This document shows, piece after piece, positions 42,700 through 54,669 of a DNA stretch of 64,000 nt. Under the pieces are notes generated by a model, which searched no databases, was not told where the DNA came from, and saw nothing but the letters and a program-made list of their open reading frames with translations. Each line of letters begins with the position of its first letter. The stretch's first letter is position 1. This stretch comes from Octopus vulgaris. Lineage: Eukaryota. Made by a program: the position numbers and the translations under genes. The stretch spans positions 2,418,001 through 2,482,000 of the forward strand of contig OX597835.1 in NCBI GenBank assembly GCA_951406725.2. The letters run 5' to 3'.

Positions 42700-43393
42700 T
42701 TTATGTCAGAAGGTTGTTGCGATTACGTAATTGCTGCAACGCTCATGTGCTGCTGCTGCCTGTTTTCTTAAGATTAAGCGCGTTTTCATGTCGTCGTTCC
42801 AATTTTTGAACTCTTTATTGAAGATGTGTTCATATCTTCTATAGTAAGCCTCGAAGGTAAGTCCTTCGTCTGGTTCATACTTAAACTCTGTTATCGATTT
42901 CGCAACGTAATCTGGTGAGAACATTTTTTTCAGCATTTCCTGATGACTTACAGTTCATTAATTGCAGCATTTGTTGTTGTAATAGTATTTGTTGTTGTTG
43001 TTGTTGTTGCTTCTGCTGTTGCTCTAGCAGTTGTAGCTGTTACTATTGTTCTTTCAGTTGCTGTTGCTACTGATTTTACCACTCAAGCAAACCGACCAAC
43101 AAACTTTCCATGTTTTTACGATTCTTTTCCGTAAAATTTTCACAAAAAACTTTTGTGAGTTTCGTAACTCCTTGTGAGTTTTTTAATTCCTCGTCGCCGC
43201 TCTTGTAATCCTTAATGTCGGATTGTTATAATGCTCACTCTGGTATAGCAGTATAGTTAGTAAGACAACCACTAGCTATGATTTTCTACTTCGTACTCAC
43301 TCTTTATACTGACCGACACCACTATATTTATAACGACTAGCACATATCACTCGTCACGTGGGAGGGTGTACCATTATTACTGTTATCCTCACA
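42700..43393 (-). mobile_element. Gypsy-type LTR retrotransposon 5' remnant: LTR ~43393-43204, PBS-like ggcgacgagg at ~43190, gag fragment 42706-42936
   Basis: gag-like TFEAYYRRYEHIF..DDMKTRLILRK; a TG...CA bounded segment followed by a PBS resembling TGGCGACGAG. Confidence 0.65.
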
Positions 43394-43514
43394 ACAGATA
43401 GCTACAGGATTAGTGTAACCTAAATTTCAGCTGTTGACCTTTGCTTCTTTGTAGGAATAAAGCTTCCGTTTCTAATGACTCCCGTTGTTTTATTTCTCTA
43501 TCAGTAGGTGCGTG

Positions 43515-43578
43515 ATGAAAAGCATCAGTGTCCTATTGTTTTGTGTATCCATTTCATACACCTTCTCCGATAAACAAA
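43515..43578 (+). CDS. Gene E, coding exon 1 (signal peptide): MKSISVLLFCVSISYTFSDKQ
   Basis: cagtag|gtgcgtgATG ... AAACAAA|gtaagt; 64 nt, phase 1; ends in KQ like C and D. Confidence 0.85.
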
Positions 43579-44247
43579 GTAAGTATAATAAGAAATATCT
43601 TTTATTTTATAGTCATCAGGTATGTAGTGGGAGAAAAGAGGGAGAGAAGAAAAATGAATAACCTTACCCCAGCGGTACTTCGTATGGACCCCATTTATAT
43701 GTAATGACAACTTTCAAAGAAATAACTCTACACATAGGTCAAATATTCAGAATTACGATTCTTCAACATAATATAAAGCATTTAATTAACAATATGACTG
43801 ACGAATCTTTTATATACAAACCAAGAAGAATTCTAGTGGTGTGCTCTGATCTGTTACTTCTATATAAGATCAGAAGGTAAGCACGGCCGAAATGCCGCTA
43901 AGCATATTGTCTGTCGAGCTAAGAATTCCGTCAGTTCGCCACCGCCTTTTGGACTCATAATTATTAAAATCATTAAAGAATAGAATCAGCAGGAGCTGAA
44001 TATAATGTCTCGTGTATTTTTTGTTTGTTTGTTTGTTTTCTTCTCTTTCCTTTTTATTGCTCCATTGGTTTTTATCTCCTTTATGCATTAGAAATGTCCA
44101 TCACTACAGTGATGGGCCATATTAACAGTCTGAGAGAGGAAATATGAGTTCCAGTCGTAATGATCCTGCATCTTTTGTGTATTTCTACACAAAACTTTGG
44201 TAAATTGATATCTAATTCTTCTGTGTGTATTTCAATGTCTCTTTCAG

Positions 44248-44308
44248 ACGTCTCTCCCGTCCATCAACAGACAGGAGCTAACGTAAGTTGGAGTGAAATG
44301 AGTCGTAG
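44248..44308 (+). CDS. Gene E, coding exon 2 (propeptide): NVSPVHQQTGANVSWSEMSR(S)
   Basis: ctctttcag|AC...AG|gtaaga; 61 nt, phase 1/2. Confidence 0.83.
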
Positions 44309-45049
44309 GTAAGAACTACATATCTACATATCTTATATATGTAATTAATTTAGTATTGCCCAGGCGGTAAGCTGTCACAATCATTAGCACTCTGGATAAA
44401 ACACTTTGTGGCACTAATTCCGGCTTTAGGTTTTGGGTTGAAATTTCGTCGATGTTGACTGCATCTTCCATTATTTCTGGGCCGCTGAAATAAATGCTAG
44501 CTAGGAGCAAGTGTCCATGTAACAGAGTAACAACCTCCATCAACGTTTCAGGCCCTTGTGTATATGATAGAAAAGTTATTAAATATTGGCAAATTCAAAT
44601 TCTGAGACGGTTTCTAAATTATAGTTTCTGCGTAACAGAAAATCTGAAAGGGGAAGAAATGAAGCGAGATTTATCGAAAAGAAAATTACTTTCATGAGTA
44701 AAAATCAAATAATATTTTATTTTATATATTTCGCCTACAAAATTTATTAAAGATTTATTGAGATATGTGTGTAGATATGGCTGTGTGGTTAGAAATACAT
44801 TTAGTAACCACCAAGTTTCAGGTTCAAATGCTTGAGCAAGGTTTTTGTTACTATGGCGCCGAGGCGAGCAATAGCATCTCAACGAATGTGGTAAACGACC
44901 GGTCTTCCATATTTTCACTCATCAACTTCCATATTGTATTTGTAATGTGCGACCATCCGGTACAAAAATATTTTGTTCATAGTGTTCAAATGTATGCTCT
45001 GTGCATTGGGTCATTCTCTCCATCAATTCGACGTGGCCTGAACAGCTAC

Positions 45050-45483
45050 AATGATAAGTATTGGGGGCTATTTGTTCCACCAAATTCTTGAATATTGGAA
45101 TAAATCAAGCTTCTAACGATGTTCAAAATTCCACTACCATAACCGATAGGAAAACAAACAGATAAAATACGTTGATATAAATCTTTTATATAGTAAATGT
45201 GCAGGTGTTGAAGGGATCGCAGAACAGCAAGAGATAAAATGCTTTGCTCAAGAACACTACGCACGATTTGGCCTAGGAATGGAAATTACGATCTCATTGT
45301 TGTGAGTATCTCAGCCTAATTAGTAGGCCATGCACATTTACTATAGGAAAGATTTATATCAACGTATTTTATCTGTTTGTTTTCATGATGGTTATGGTAG
45401 TGGAATTTTGAACATCGTTAGAGGTTTGATTTATTCCAGTATTCCAGTATATGGTGGAACAAATTGCTCCCAATATTTATTCA
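45050..45483. repeat. Inverted repeat with ~150 bp arms (45050-45202 and 45331-45483) around a SINE fragment, in intron 2 of gene E
   Basis: Arms read as imperfect reverse complements. Confidence 0.8.
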
Positions 45484-45553
45484 TTTTAAATGTGGCACGT
45501 GAAGAGGTCAACAAAATTTGCAATGCGCAGTGGCGCAAACACACAGAGAAATG

Positions 45554-46047
45554 CATACATACATACATACATACATACATTCATACATACATACATTCAT
45601 ACATACATACATACATACATACATACATACATACATACATACATACATACATACATACATACATACATACATTCATACATACATACATACATACATACAT
45701 ACATACATACATACATACATACATACATACATACATACATACATACATACATACATTCATACATACATACATACATACATACATTCATACATACATACAT
45801 ACATACATACATACATACATGCATGCATACATACATACATACATACATACATACATACATACATACATACATACATACATACATACATACATACATACAT
45901 ACATACATTCATACACATACATACATACATACATACATACATACATACATACATACATACATACATACATGCATGCATGCATGCATGCATGCATGCATGC
46001 ATACATACATACATACATACATACATACATACATACATACATACATA
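45554..46047. repeat. (CATA)n microsatellite
   Basis: Read directly. Confidence 0.95.
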
Positions 46048-47023
46048 GAATGATTCAAGAATATATTGAATTATTCTGATTGAAAATCTGGAACAAAAAG
46101 AAGAATTTTAAGCTCAATACCTCGTGGCTAAATACTCTAACGAGTATTAATAAGGTGTCTACATAAATCCAAATGTATGAAACACGTCAAAATACAGAAA
46201 TTTAATTACTTAAATTTACATATTTGCTTTTTATTAATTGAAGATATTTAATGTTCCACGAATGCCTTTAACATTATTGATGTATAACAACTTCAACAAA
46301 AACATTCACCATTAATTACAAATGTTTATATTGTGAAAAACATGAAATAAATTTATCAAATAAATATCATTGAGTTATAATAATGTTTCATCAAAAAATT
46401 TTGTCGTATATTAATTTGTACTTTCAGCATTCATATTTTGAGTTCAAGTCCCGTGAGATTCTTTAGTTCTATCGACGTCGATAAGATAAATACCAGTATA
46501 GTCTAATCCTTTTTCCCGCAAATTCCTTGCCTTCTCCCTTAATGAGAAACCATAATTTAATACGTAAAGTATACTAGCCATCTCAATATAGCTAACCACT
46601 AAGGGTGGGTGTTACTGTAGCTTTTAGCCCCAGGAGATCATCGTCTCCAGCTGGCTTTAGGCACACTTTCTGTTTCCCTTGTGGTATTTGCAAAGGGAGG
46701 TCATCCCTCTCTCGTAAACCTAAGTGATACGCACGGACTGCAGTTTCGAGGTATTTGCCTCTTGTCAACGTACGGCAATCACCGGTTTTCCATGAGGGAA
46801 CCTGTTTGCAAATATCTATATAATGTTTTTCCCAGTAACTTCCGTCCCTGATTTCGAAAAACTGTCTGCAAGCAATAATAAATCTCTGAACGAGATGTAA
46901 ACAGTAACCGCTCGACAACGACAACTACCTCGGCAAATACCTCGAAACTGTAAATTCCTTGCCTTTTCCGTTAATGAGAAACCATAATTTAATAATATTT
47001 CCTAATACATTCTGTATTTTCAG

Positions 47024-47252
47024 TGACAAGATCAAGAGAGCAGCTACATGTTCAAAAGGGTCTTGTGGAGAAGCTGCCTTCAAGAGATGCTGCGGCCATA
47101 GCAGATGTATATGTTTTGTGGTGCCCGGGGGCACTCGTTGCATGTGTATGCTCCATGCGGGGGCGGCGGCTGGTAACGCTGTACTGCAAACTGTAAGCGC
47201 TTTTCTCGTTTTTCTTGTGATTTTCCATTTTATTGGCGTTCTGCTCCTGTGA
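47024..47252 (+). CDS. Gene E, coding exon 3: DKIKR|AATCSKGSCGEAAFKRCCGHSRCICFVVPGGTRCMCMLHAGAAAGNAVLQTVSAFLVFLVIFHFIGVLLL*
   Basis: ctgtattttcag|T, phase 2; KR site; 8-Cys knottin; small-residue patch followed by a long hydrophobic C-terminus. Joined CDS 64+61+229=354 nt gives 117 aa. Confidence 0.88.
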
Positions 47253-47974
47253 ATCTTGTGGATAGATTGCATACGACAGATTGTTTTTCATGCAAGTAGA
47301 AAGTCAATGAGACCACGAAGACACAGAATTTGATGTTTTAGGTGAAGAGAATTTAGAACTGTAATGCGCAAATTACCCAAAGGATCCAGACAAACGGCAA
47401 GCACTCAACTACAAGAACATCAACTAGCGTTGTTGCTGCTGCTGCTACAGCTTCAACAACAACAAAATGAAAAACTACTACTACTGCTACTTTTCCAATT
47501 TTGAGACTAACTCAGTTCTTACATCCTATAACAAAAGAGAACTATGAACGAACATCAAAAATAAAATGGTAAAAGAAGAGAAAGTGTGTAAACCATAAAC
47601 AACTGGTAATCGATTTGTCTAACATGAATTAAGACGACGATTTTCTACATAATATACTAATCTGGCAAATCTTAATGAAATGCCAATTAAATAAATTTAT
47701 TAAGCAATGGCGAATTCTCCTTGCTTCGTTCTACGCTGTTGCGTTCGTTTTTAATTCGTGGTGATAATTGTTAATATTTACATTGCAGTGTCACACAGTG
47801 GTTTTGCAAAAACATATTCATTGTGATTGTGCTTTCGTCGATAAAGCAGTCATGATTGGATTGGCAGTTGATGGCAGGCGATTGAATTGTGACCACCTCC
47901 AACGCTCTTTTCACAGACATCAAATGTATAAGCTCCCACGGTCCACACGGTCCATCAGATGATTGCACTTCATT

Positions 47975-48193
47975 TCTCTTTCTCTTTTCTCTTTTACTTG
48001 TTTCAGTTATTTTTTGACTGCGGCCATGCTGGAGCACCGCCTTTAGTCGAGCAAATCGACCCCAGAACTTATTCTTTGGAAGTCTAGTACTTATTCTATC
48101 GGTCACTTTTGCCGAACCGCTAAGTTATGGGGGACGTAAACACACCAGCATCGGTTGTCAAGCGATGTTGGGGGCACAAACACAGACACACAT

Positions 48194-48246
<53 letters not shown>

Positions 48247-48412
48247 CGACGGGCTTCTTTCAGTTTCTGTCTACCAAATCTACTCACAAGGCTTTGGTCG
48301 GCCCAAGGCTATAGTAGAAGACACTTGCCCAAAGTGCCACGCAGTGGGACTGAACCCGGAACTATGTGGTTGGTAAGCAAACTACTTACCACACAGCCAC
48401 TCCTACGCCTAT
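47975..48412 (-). mobile_element. SINE family 1
   Basis: Full-length reverse copy. Confidence 0.85.
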
Positions 48413-48519
48413 ATTTGGTGATGATTTTACAGTAATTTCTGGCAAATGGAGCGACCACACAGTCTTCCCCGTTTTCTAGATCTAGGTTGCAATACTGAAG
48501 AAAGATGTCAGATAATTAC

Positions 48520-48585
<66 letters not shown>

Positions 48586-49876
48586 AATATTAGGGAATAA
48601 ATCCAAACTTACAGGGAAAATCAGATTTAGGATTGAATCCAATTTTATAGTAAAATATTATATTATATTAAATTAGAGACAAAACCACTATTAGGCAAAT
48701 CAAACAATGAAAGACTTAAGCCAATACATATGATTAATTTATATTATTTAAATATGTAACAAAATTATTAAAAAATATAATTAATATCCCACTACAATCG
48801 TTTCCTGCCTGCTGTCTTCAAATGTTTGAGTCGCAGTCATTCATCAGGTGGTTTAAAATTTTTTCTTGGCGAGTTTTAAACAATGAAGACAGCAGGCAGG
48901 AAACGATCGTAGTTTAATTATATTTTTTAATAATTTTGTTACATATTTAAATAATATAAATTAATCATATGTATTGGCTTAAGTCTTTCATTGTTTGATT
49001 TGCCTAATAGTGGTTTTGTCTCTAATTTAATATATATATATAACAGATGTGAGGAGCGAAATCCTTGAAAGGGATGTCAAACACCCAACCCTGCAGCTAC
49101 AGTCCAAGTAAAGAATATGTATATATATAAATATATATCCAATATTTTCAAAGACAGGGGAGGAAGTTTAAGGAAAGGACAAAATTTGTTCGCCTCTGGG
49201 CTACAAAAGGTCTTTGTATATTTTTGTTGGTTGTAATAATTCATAGCAATATGTAATTCTTGATGATGAATCTCATTTGTATTTCATGAAGAGTTTTTCG
49301 TTCTTGTCTTTGGAATTAATTAAACACTGAAACAACTTATAGAATGTATATTGGTTCTGTACCAACTTGGGTTTGAATTGAATTGAAGTTCGTCGACACT
49401 TACAATTTTTTCCTTCATTTACTTTTATATATATATATATAGGTGCAAAATTTAAGTTAGGTGAAATACGCTTGTTCTTTAATGATTTTAATAATTATGA
49501 GTCCAAATGGCGGTGGCGAACTGACGGAATTCTTAGCTCGACAAACAATATGCTTAGCGGCATTTCGGCCGTGCTTACCTTCTGATCTTATATAGAAGTA
49601 ACAGATCAGAGCACACCACTAGAATTCTTCTTGGTTTGTATATAAAAGATTCGTCAGTCATATTGTTAATGAAATGTTTTATATTATGTTGAAGAATCGT
49701 AATTCTGAATATTTGACCTATGTGTAGAGTTATTGATTTCAAAGTTGTCATTACATATAAATGGGGTACATACGAAGTACCGCTGGGGTAAGGTTATTCA
49801 TTTTTCTTCTCTCCCTCTTTTCTCCCACTGCATACCTGATGACTATAAAATAAAAGATATTTCTTATTATACTTAC

Positions 49877-49940
49877 TTTGTTTATCGGAGAAGGTGTATG
49901 AAATGGATACACAAAACAATAGGACACTGATGCCTTTCAT
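49877..49940 (-). pseudogene. Gene F: orphan signal-peptide exon MKGISVLLFCVSISYTFSDKQ in an inverted copy of the E/G 5' region (49475-~51340)
   Basis: One substitution versus exon 1 of E; splice sites intact. Homology to the E/G intron stops at ~49475, and no exon 2 or 3 was found downstream on the minus strand. Confidence 0.7.
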
Positions 49941-52900
49941 CACGCACCTACTGATAGAGAAATAAAACAACGGGAGTCATTAGAAACGGAATCTGCAGCT
50001 GAAATTTAGGTAACACTTATTTTTTTCGCTATCCAAACTTATTTCACTGAAAATCCGAGCTTCACGACATTAACGTTTAAACAATAAGTAGCTAATTTAA
50101 TTGCACCAAAAGTACTAATGCAAATTAAATTCCACCAAAAGTACTAATGTAAATATATAACTGAGGTGAAGATGATGTCTTCGAAGCATTTGTCCGTAAA
50201 TGTTCTCTATACTGTTGACTGTGAATGAAATGTTCTTACTTCAAAAGTATCTGGCTTCTATAGAATGTATTGGTTTTACTTCTGTCCGAAACAAGTATTT
50301 GAGGCTTGTCAAATACTTACAAACATACACACACACACCATCTAAAAACGCTGTATAAAAAACCTGTTGTTTTTACTGCTATGTCAAATATAGACCAGAA
50401 CCAGAATGTATTCACACGTTTCAAATCAAAGAATACTGGTGCAACAACTCAATAAAAACAGCAACCCGATGATAGCAAAATTGTTGCATGGGTTTGAGGG
50501 CTGCAGTCGTGCTCTGTTGCAAAGTTTGATGGATGTGAATGTCTCGTCATGAAAAAAGAAAATAAGAACATCTTTCGTAAATTAATGAGAAATGTACAGC
50601 ACAAATATCCAGCCTAAATATGTTTACTTGTTTCTTCACAAATAATTAGCATTAACCAAAACATTAAAATTAGAAAAGCTCGAGCTCATCCAAAAAGTTC
50701 GGGGTAAACTGATTCATATTTTCCAAATACAATTCTTTGTACCATAAGCACAAGGCCTGTATTTTGCAGGGAGGCGGATAGTCGATCACATCGACCCCAG
50801 TACTCAACTGGTACTTAATTTATCGAACCCGAAATGATGAAGGGAAAAGTGGACTTCGTCAGAATTTGAGCTCAGAACGTAGCGGCAGACGAAATACGGG
50901 CTAAGCATTTCGCCCGTCGTGCTAACGATTCTGCCATCTTGCCGCCTTACATTTTTCCAAATACAATCGATGAGATATAAAGTGAGAATTTGCAAAACAT
51001 TCCGTTTATTCTCTCTGTTTGCCGTTCTTGGACTGTACACATGCAAACCGTCAACAAACAAATTAAGCTCTACCACTACCACCACCACCACCACCACCAT
51101 CATTACCATAACATACTCTGTCTATTGCTATTACTAATTCACACACAGCCACAATGAATAATCGAAACGCTACATACGTGTTACATTAGAACGGTATTCA
51201 TATAAAGCGCTCTCGAACCTTCTCTTGGGCAGCGTCCAGGCTGGTTGGTGAGCTTTGTATATTGTTAGTAAACTTACTGAACCTCTTCAACCCTCGGTTG
51301 GTCTGGCTTTTGATTTCTTCTCTCTCAATTTTCACTTTACTGTTTCCTTCTTTTGGTCACACACGCACATACACACACAAACACACACACACACACACAA
51401 ACACACACGCACACACACATATATCAAGAGCATGATTTATACGATGTGATTCAGTATTTACTAAGTTATGTAGTTCGACAGATGTGTGATTGATTTAGTG
51501 ATGAGAAAACGTCATTTCAAACCATATCAGAATTTATGTCCTCAGTTATGCCAATATTCGCCTTCGGAGATGTCAAAATTTGAGATTATAACACAAATGT
51601 TGTCTTTCATATGCCAACATACACTGATTCCTAAAAATCGTTGCGAAAATCCAAATTGTTGCTTAAATCCAGATCATCCCTAATCCATAAGACATATTGT
51701 CAATGACATTTTATTTATAAACCACCTTATATTGTGCATCTAGCTTCACATATGAAATATCGTGCATACTCCTATGAAAGAATCAATCCCATGCAAAAGT
51801 CGTCTCAATATTTTTCTTGAAATAATGTGGTATTATTTCCTTATATCACGGTTAAATGTCGATTCTGTTTTCTCTGGCATATCAGAGCAACACATGTGTG
51901 TCAAAAAGTTAGATTACAGATTATTGAATAAGCAAAATAAGATAGTAACATCTTTTTGCAGCACAGCTCACACTGGGTTTTAAACTGCATGATGGACAGG
52001 TTTTATGACTTAGATCATCGGTTGATATCTAAGATATCACAACGGTTTCTTGCCGGTCAGAATGACATTACCGTTTCATCAGGTTTTAATCGGAAATAGG
52101 CAGAGGAAAGACTGCAGTTCTTCATTTATTGAGAACATAAAACAAAATACCTGTTGCTATCGACATGGCAGAAAATTAAAATCTATGGCCAAGCAAAAAA
52201 GAAAATAGATAGAAAAAGAACAGCGATGGAAGCCACTGGCCTCGAAACAAATAAGATTACTTAAGTACTTTCTTTGGTTCTGATTAACTTCTGTTAAAGC
52301 CGATCCTTGTTTTTAAGAGAAAAGCTCTAGACCCCATAACTTATCGGTTTGGCAAAAGTGAAGTGTCAGGCTTCAAAATAAAAAAAAACAAAAGTACTGG
52401 TGTTGATTTATTCGACTGAATTTCTTCAAAGTGGCACCCTAGCATGGCCGCAGTCTAATGACTAAAACAATTAAAATGATAGAAGAATAAAAGAAATTAC
52501 AATAATAAATAATGTTGACCGGTCATAAATATATAAACAGGACTGTAAGTTGGCATGTGTCGACGTGCTGCTAATGATTAACGTATGTTGTGTCAGTTGC
52601 TTTGTTTTATTATTCTTTCGCCGCGATCCGGCAGCATCGGTTGCGCGCTAATCAAAATGGTCAGCGACATTTCGTCCCTCGTCCCCACTTTCTGAGTTCA
52701 AATTCCGCCGATATCAACTGCCATTCATCATTTCCCAGTTGATAAAATAAGTACCAGTTGAGGACAGGAGTCGATGTAATTAGATATCTAATACATTTTT
52801 CACTGCTTTCAGTATGTGTTTCTTATTGGATCTGAGATTTGTTCAATGGATGTTCAATAAGAATGATGATGTATACCTTAATTTGCCACATCTATATACG

Positions 52901-53090
52901 AAAACCAAGAAGACATCTTGCGAAACGGAGTTTATTTCAACGAGGTACTTATTGAAATCACCTGTGGAAACACAACTACACCAATGAATACGCCTAACCA
53001 GATGGTCAGACCCCACACGATGGGTCGAAGCATTTCTAGTGATCAATTGAGATCCTCGTATCTTCCATATTCCATCTCTCTCATTAATAA

Positions 53091-53151
<61 letters not shown>

Positions 53152-53836
53152 ATACACACACTCACACACACACACACACACATACAACCACATGTGGGCG
53201 TGTGACTTCCGTCTGTTGTTGGCTCCAAACCCGGGTGTGAAGCGTCGCCATACTTTACAGATTTAGCAAAGGAGAACAGTAGAGAACGGGCTTATAAAAC
53301 GGCCTTGGGTCGATTTGCTTGCTGAAAGAAAGTGCACCGACAACGTTTACTAATCGATGCAGTCGAAATATATGTAGGTGTATTTGAAATATATATATAT
53401 ATATGTAAATATATCGATACATATATATGTGTGTGTGCGTTTGTTTTTCTGTCGGTGTTTGTGTTGTAGGGGAAATAGTGATAAAATTACACCCCTCCTA
53501 CGTGACGAGTTGGTATGTGTTAGTCGCTATAAATAAAGTGACATCAGTCAATGTCGACTGAGAGTATGTAGTAGTCGGATATAGAAAGTCGTGGTCTTTA
53601 CTGGTCTAACTAACTATTCAGCTATACCAGAGTGGGCGTTATAACAATCCACCATTGAGGAAACAGCAGTGGCGACGCGGAATTAACAAACTCGCAAGGA
53701 GTTATGACATTCACAAGGAAGCACAAAACTCACGGAAAAAAATTGTAAAATTATGGAAAACTTGTTGGCGGGTTTGCTCGAGTTGTAAAGAAAGCAACAA
53801 GAACAACTAAAAACACAGCAGCAGTGTATGTGTATA

Positions 53837-53883
<47 letters not shown>

Positions 53884-53986
53884 TAATTTATCAATATAGG
53901 GTAGCAAAAAAAAATTCAAGAAAAATTTTCTGCAACCAGCGGTCAAGTGAGAAAATAGAAATAGTCACAGACTATATAATATATTC

Positions 53987-54586
53987 AACAAAATATTAAG
54001 GAAAGACCCTTACAGGTCGTTCAACTCACTTGAAAAGAGCAACCAAACTCAAAACCGCAAAAATAGTAGTAATTCTGAAAGCTAAAGGAGAAATAAAAAC
54101 ATTTATCCTTTTCAACTTTGTACCCTGCAAGGTTTCAACAATTTTTATGCAATCGAACTTAATTAAATTAAATTAAATCCGTTTACGATTGGCTTGTTTC
54201 ATCAGCAAAGTCTCCAAAAGAAAAGGCGAACATATACACTGCAGTTTATATTTGCTGCTGAGTAGTTGGCGCAGTTACGTTGGATTTCGAAAAATTAGGA
54301 TATATATACTCGGGGCTTCAATGGTATCACCTCGTGTGTATATGTTCGCCTTTTCTTTTGGAGACTTTGCTGATGAAACAAGCCAATCGTAAACGGATTT
54401 AATTTAATTTAATTAAGTTCGATTGTGTAAAAATTGTTGAAACCTTGCAAGGTACAAAGTTGAAAAGGATAAATATTTTTATCTCTCCTTTAGCTTTCAG
54501 AATTACTACTATTTTTGCGGTTTTGAGTTTGGTTGCTCTTTTCAAGTGAGTTGAACGACCTGTAAGGGTCTTTCCTTAATATTTTG

Positions 54587-54588
<2 letters not shown>
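53987..54588. repeat. Long inverted repeat (arms 53987-54239 and 54336-54588); Penelope pLTR-like, each arm carrying a hammerhead motif
   Basis: Arms are reverse complements with few mismatches; located next to a Penelope ORF. Confidence 0.85.
54364..54460 (+). ncRNA. Type I hammerhead ribozyme (Penelope-associated); inverted twin ~54116-54212
   Basis: Stem I ACTTTG/CAAAGT, CTGATGA, stem II AACAA/TTGTT, GAAA, palindromic stem III CCTTGCAAGG, cleavage triplet GTA (54452-54454). Confidence 0.75.
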
Positions 54589-54652
<64 letters not shown>

Positions 54653-54669
54653 TTATATTTATATATATA

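Noticed and set aside
47771-47970. Cys-containing minus-strand ORF as a downstream exon of F
   Set aside because: No knottin framework in any frame, and the ORF begins inside a SINE.
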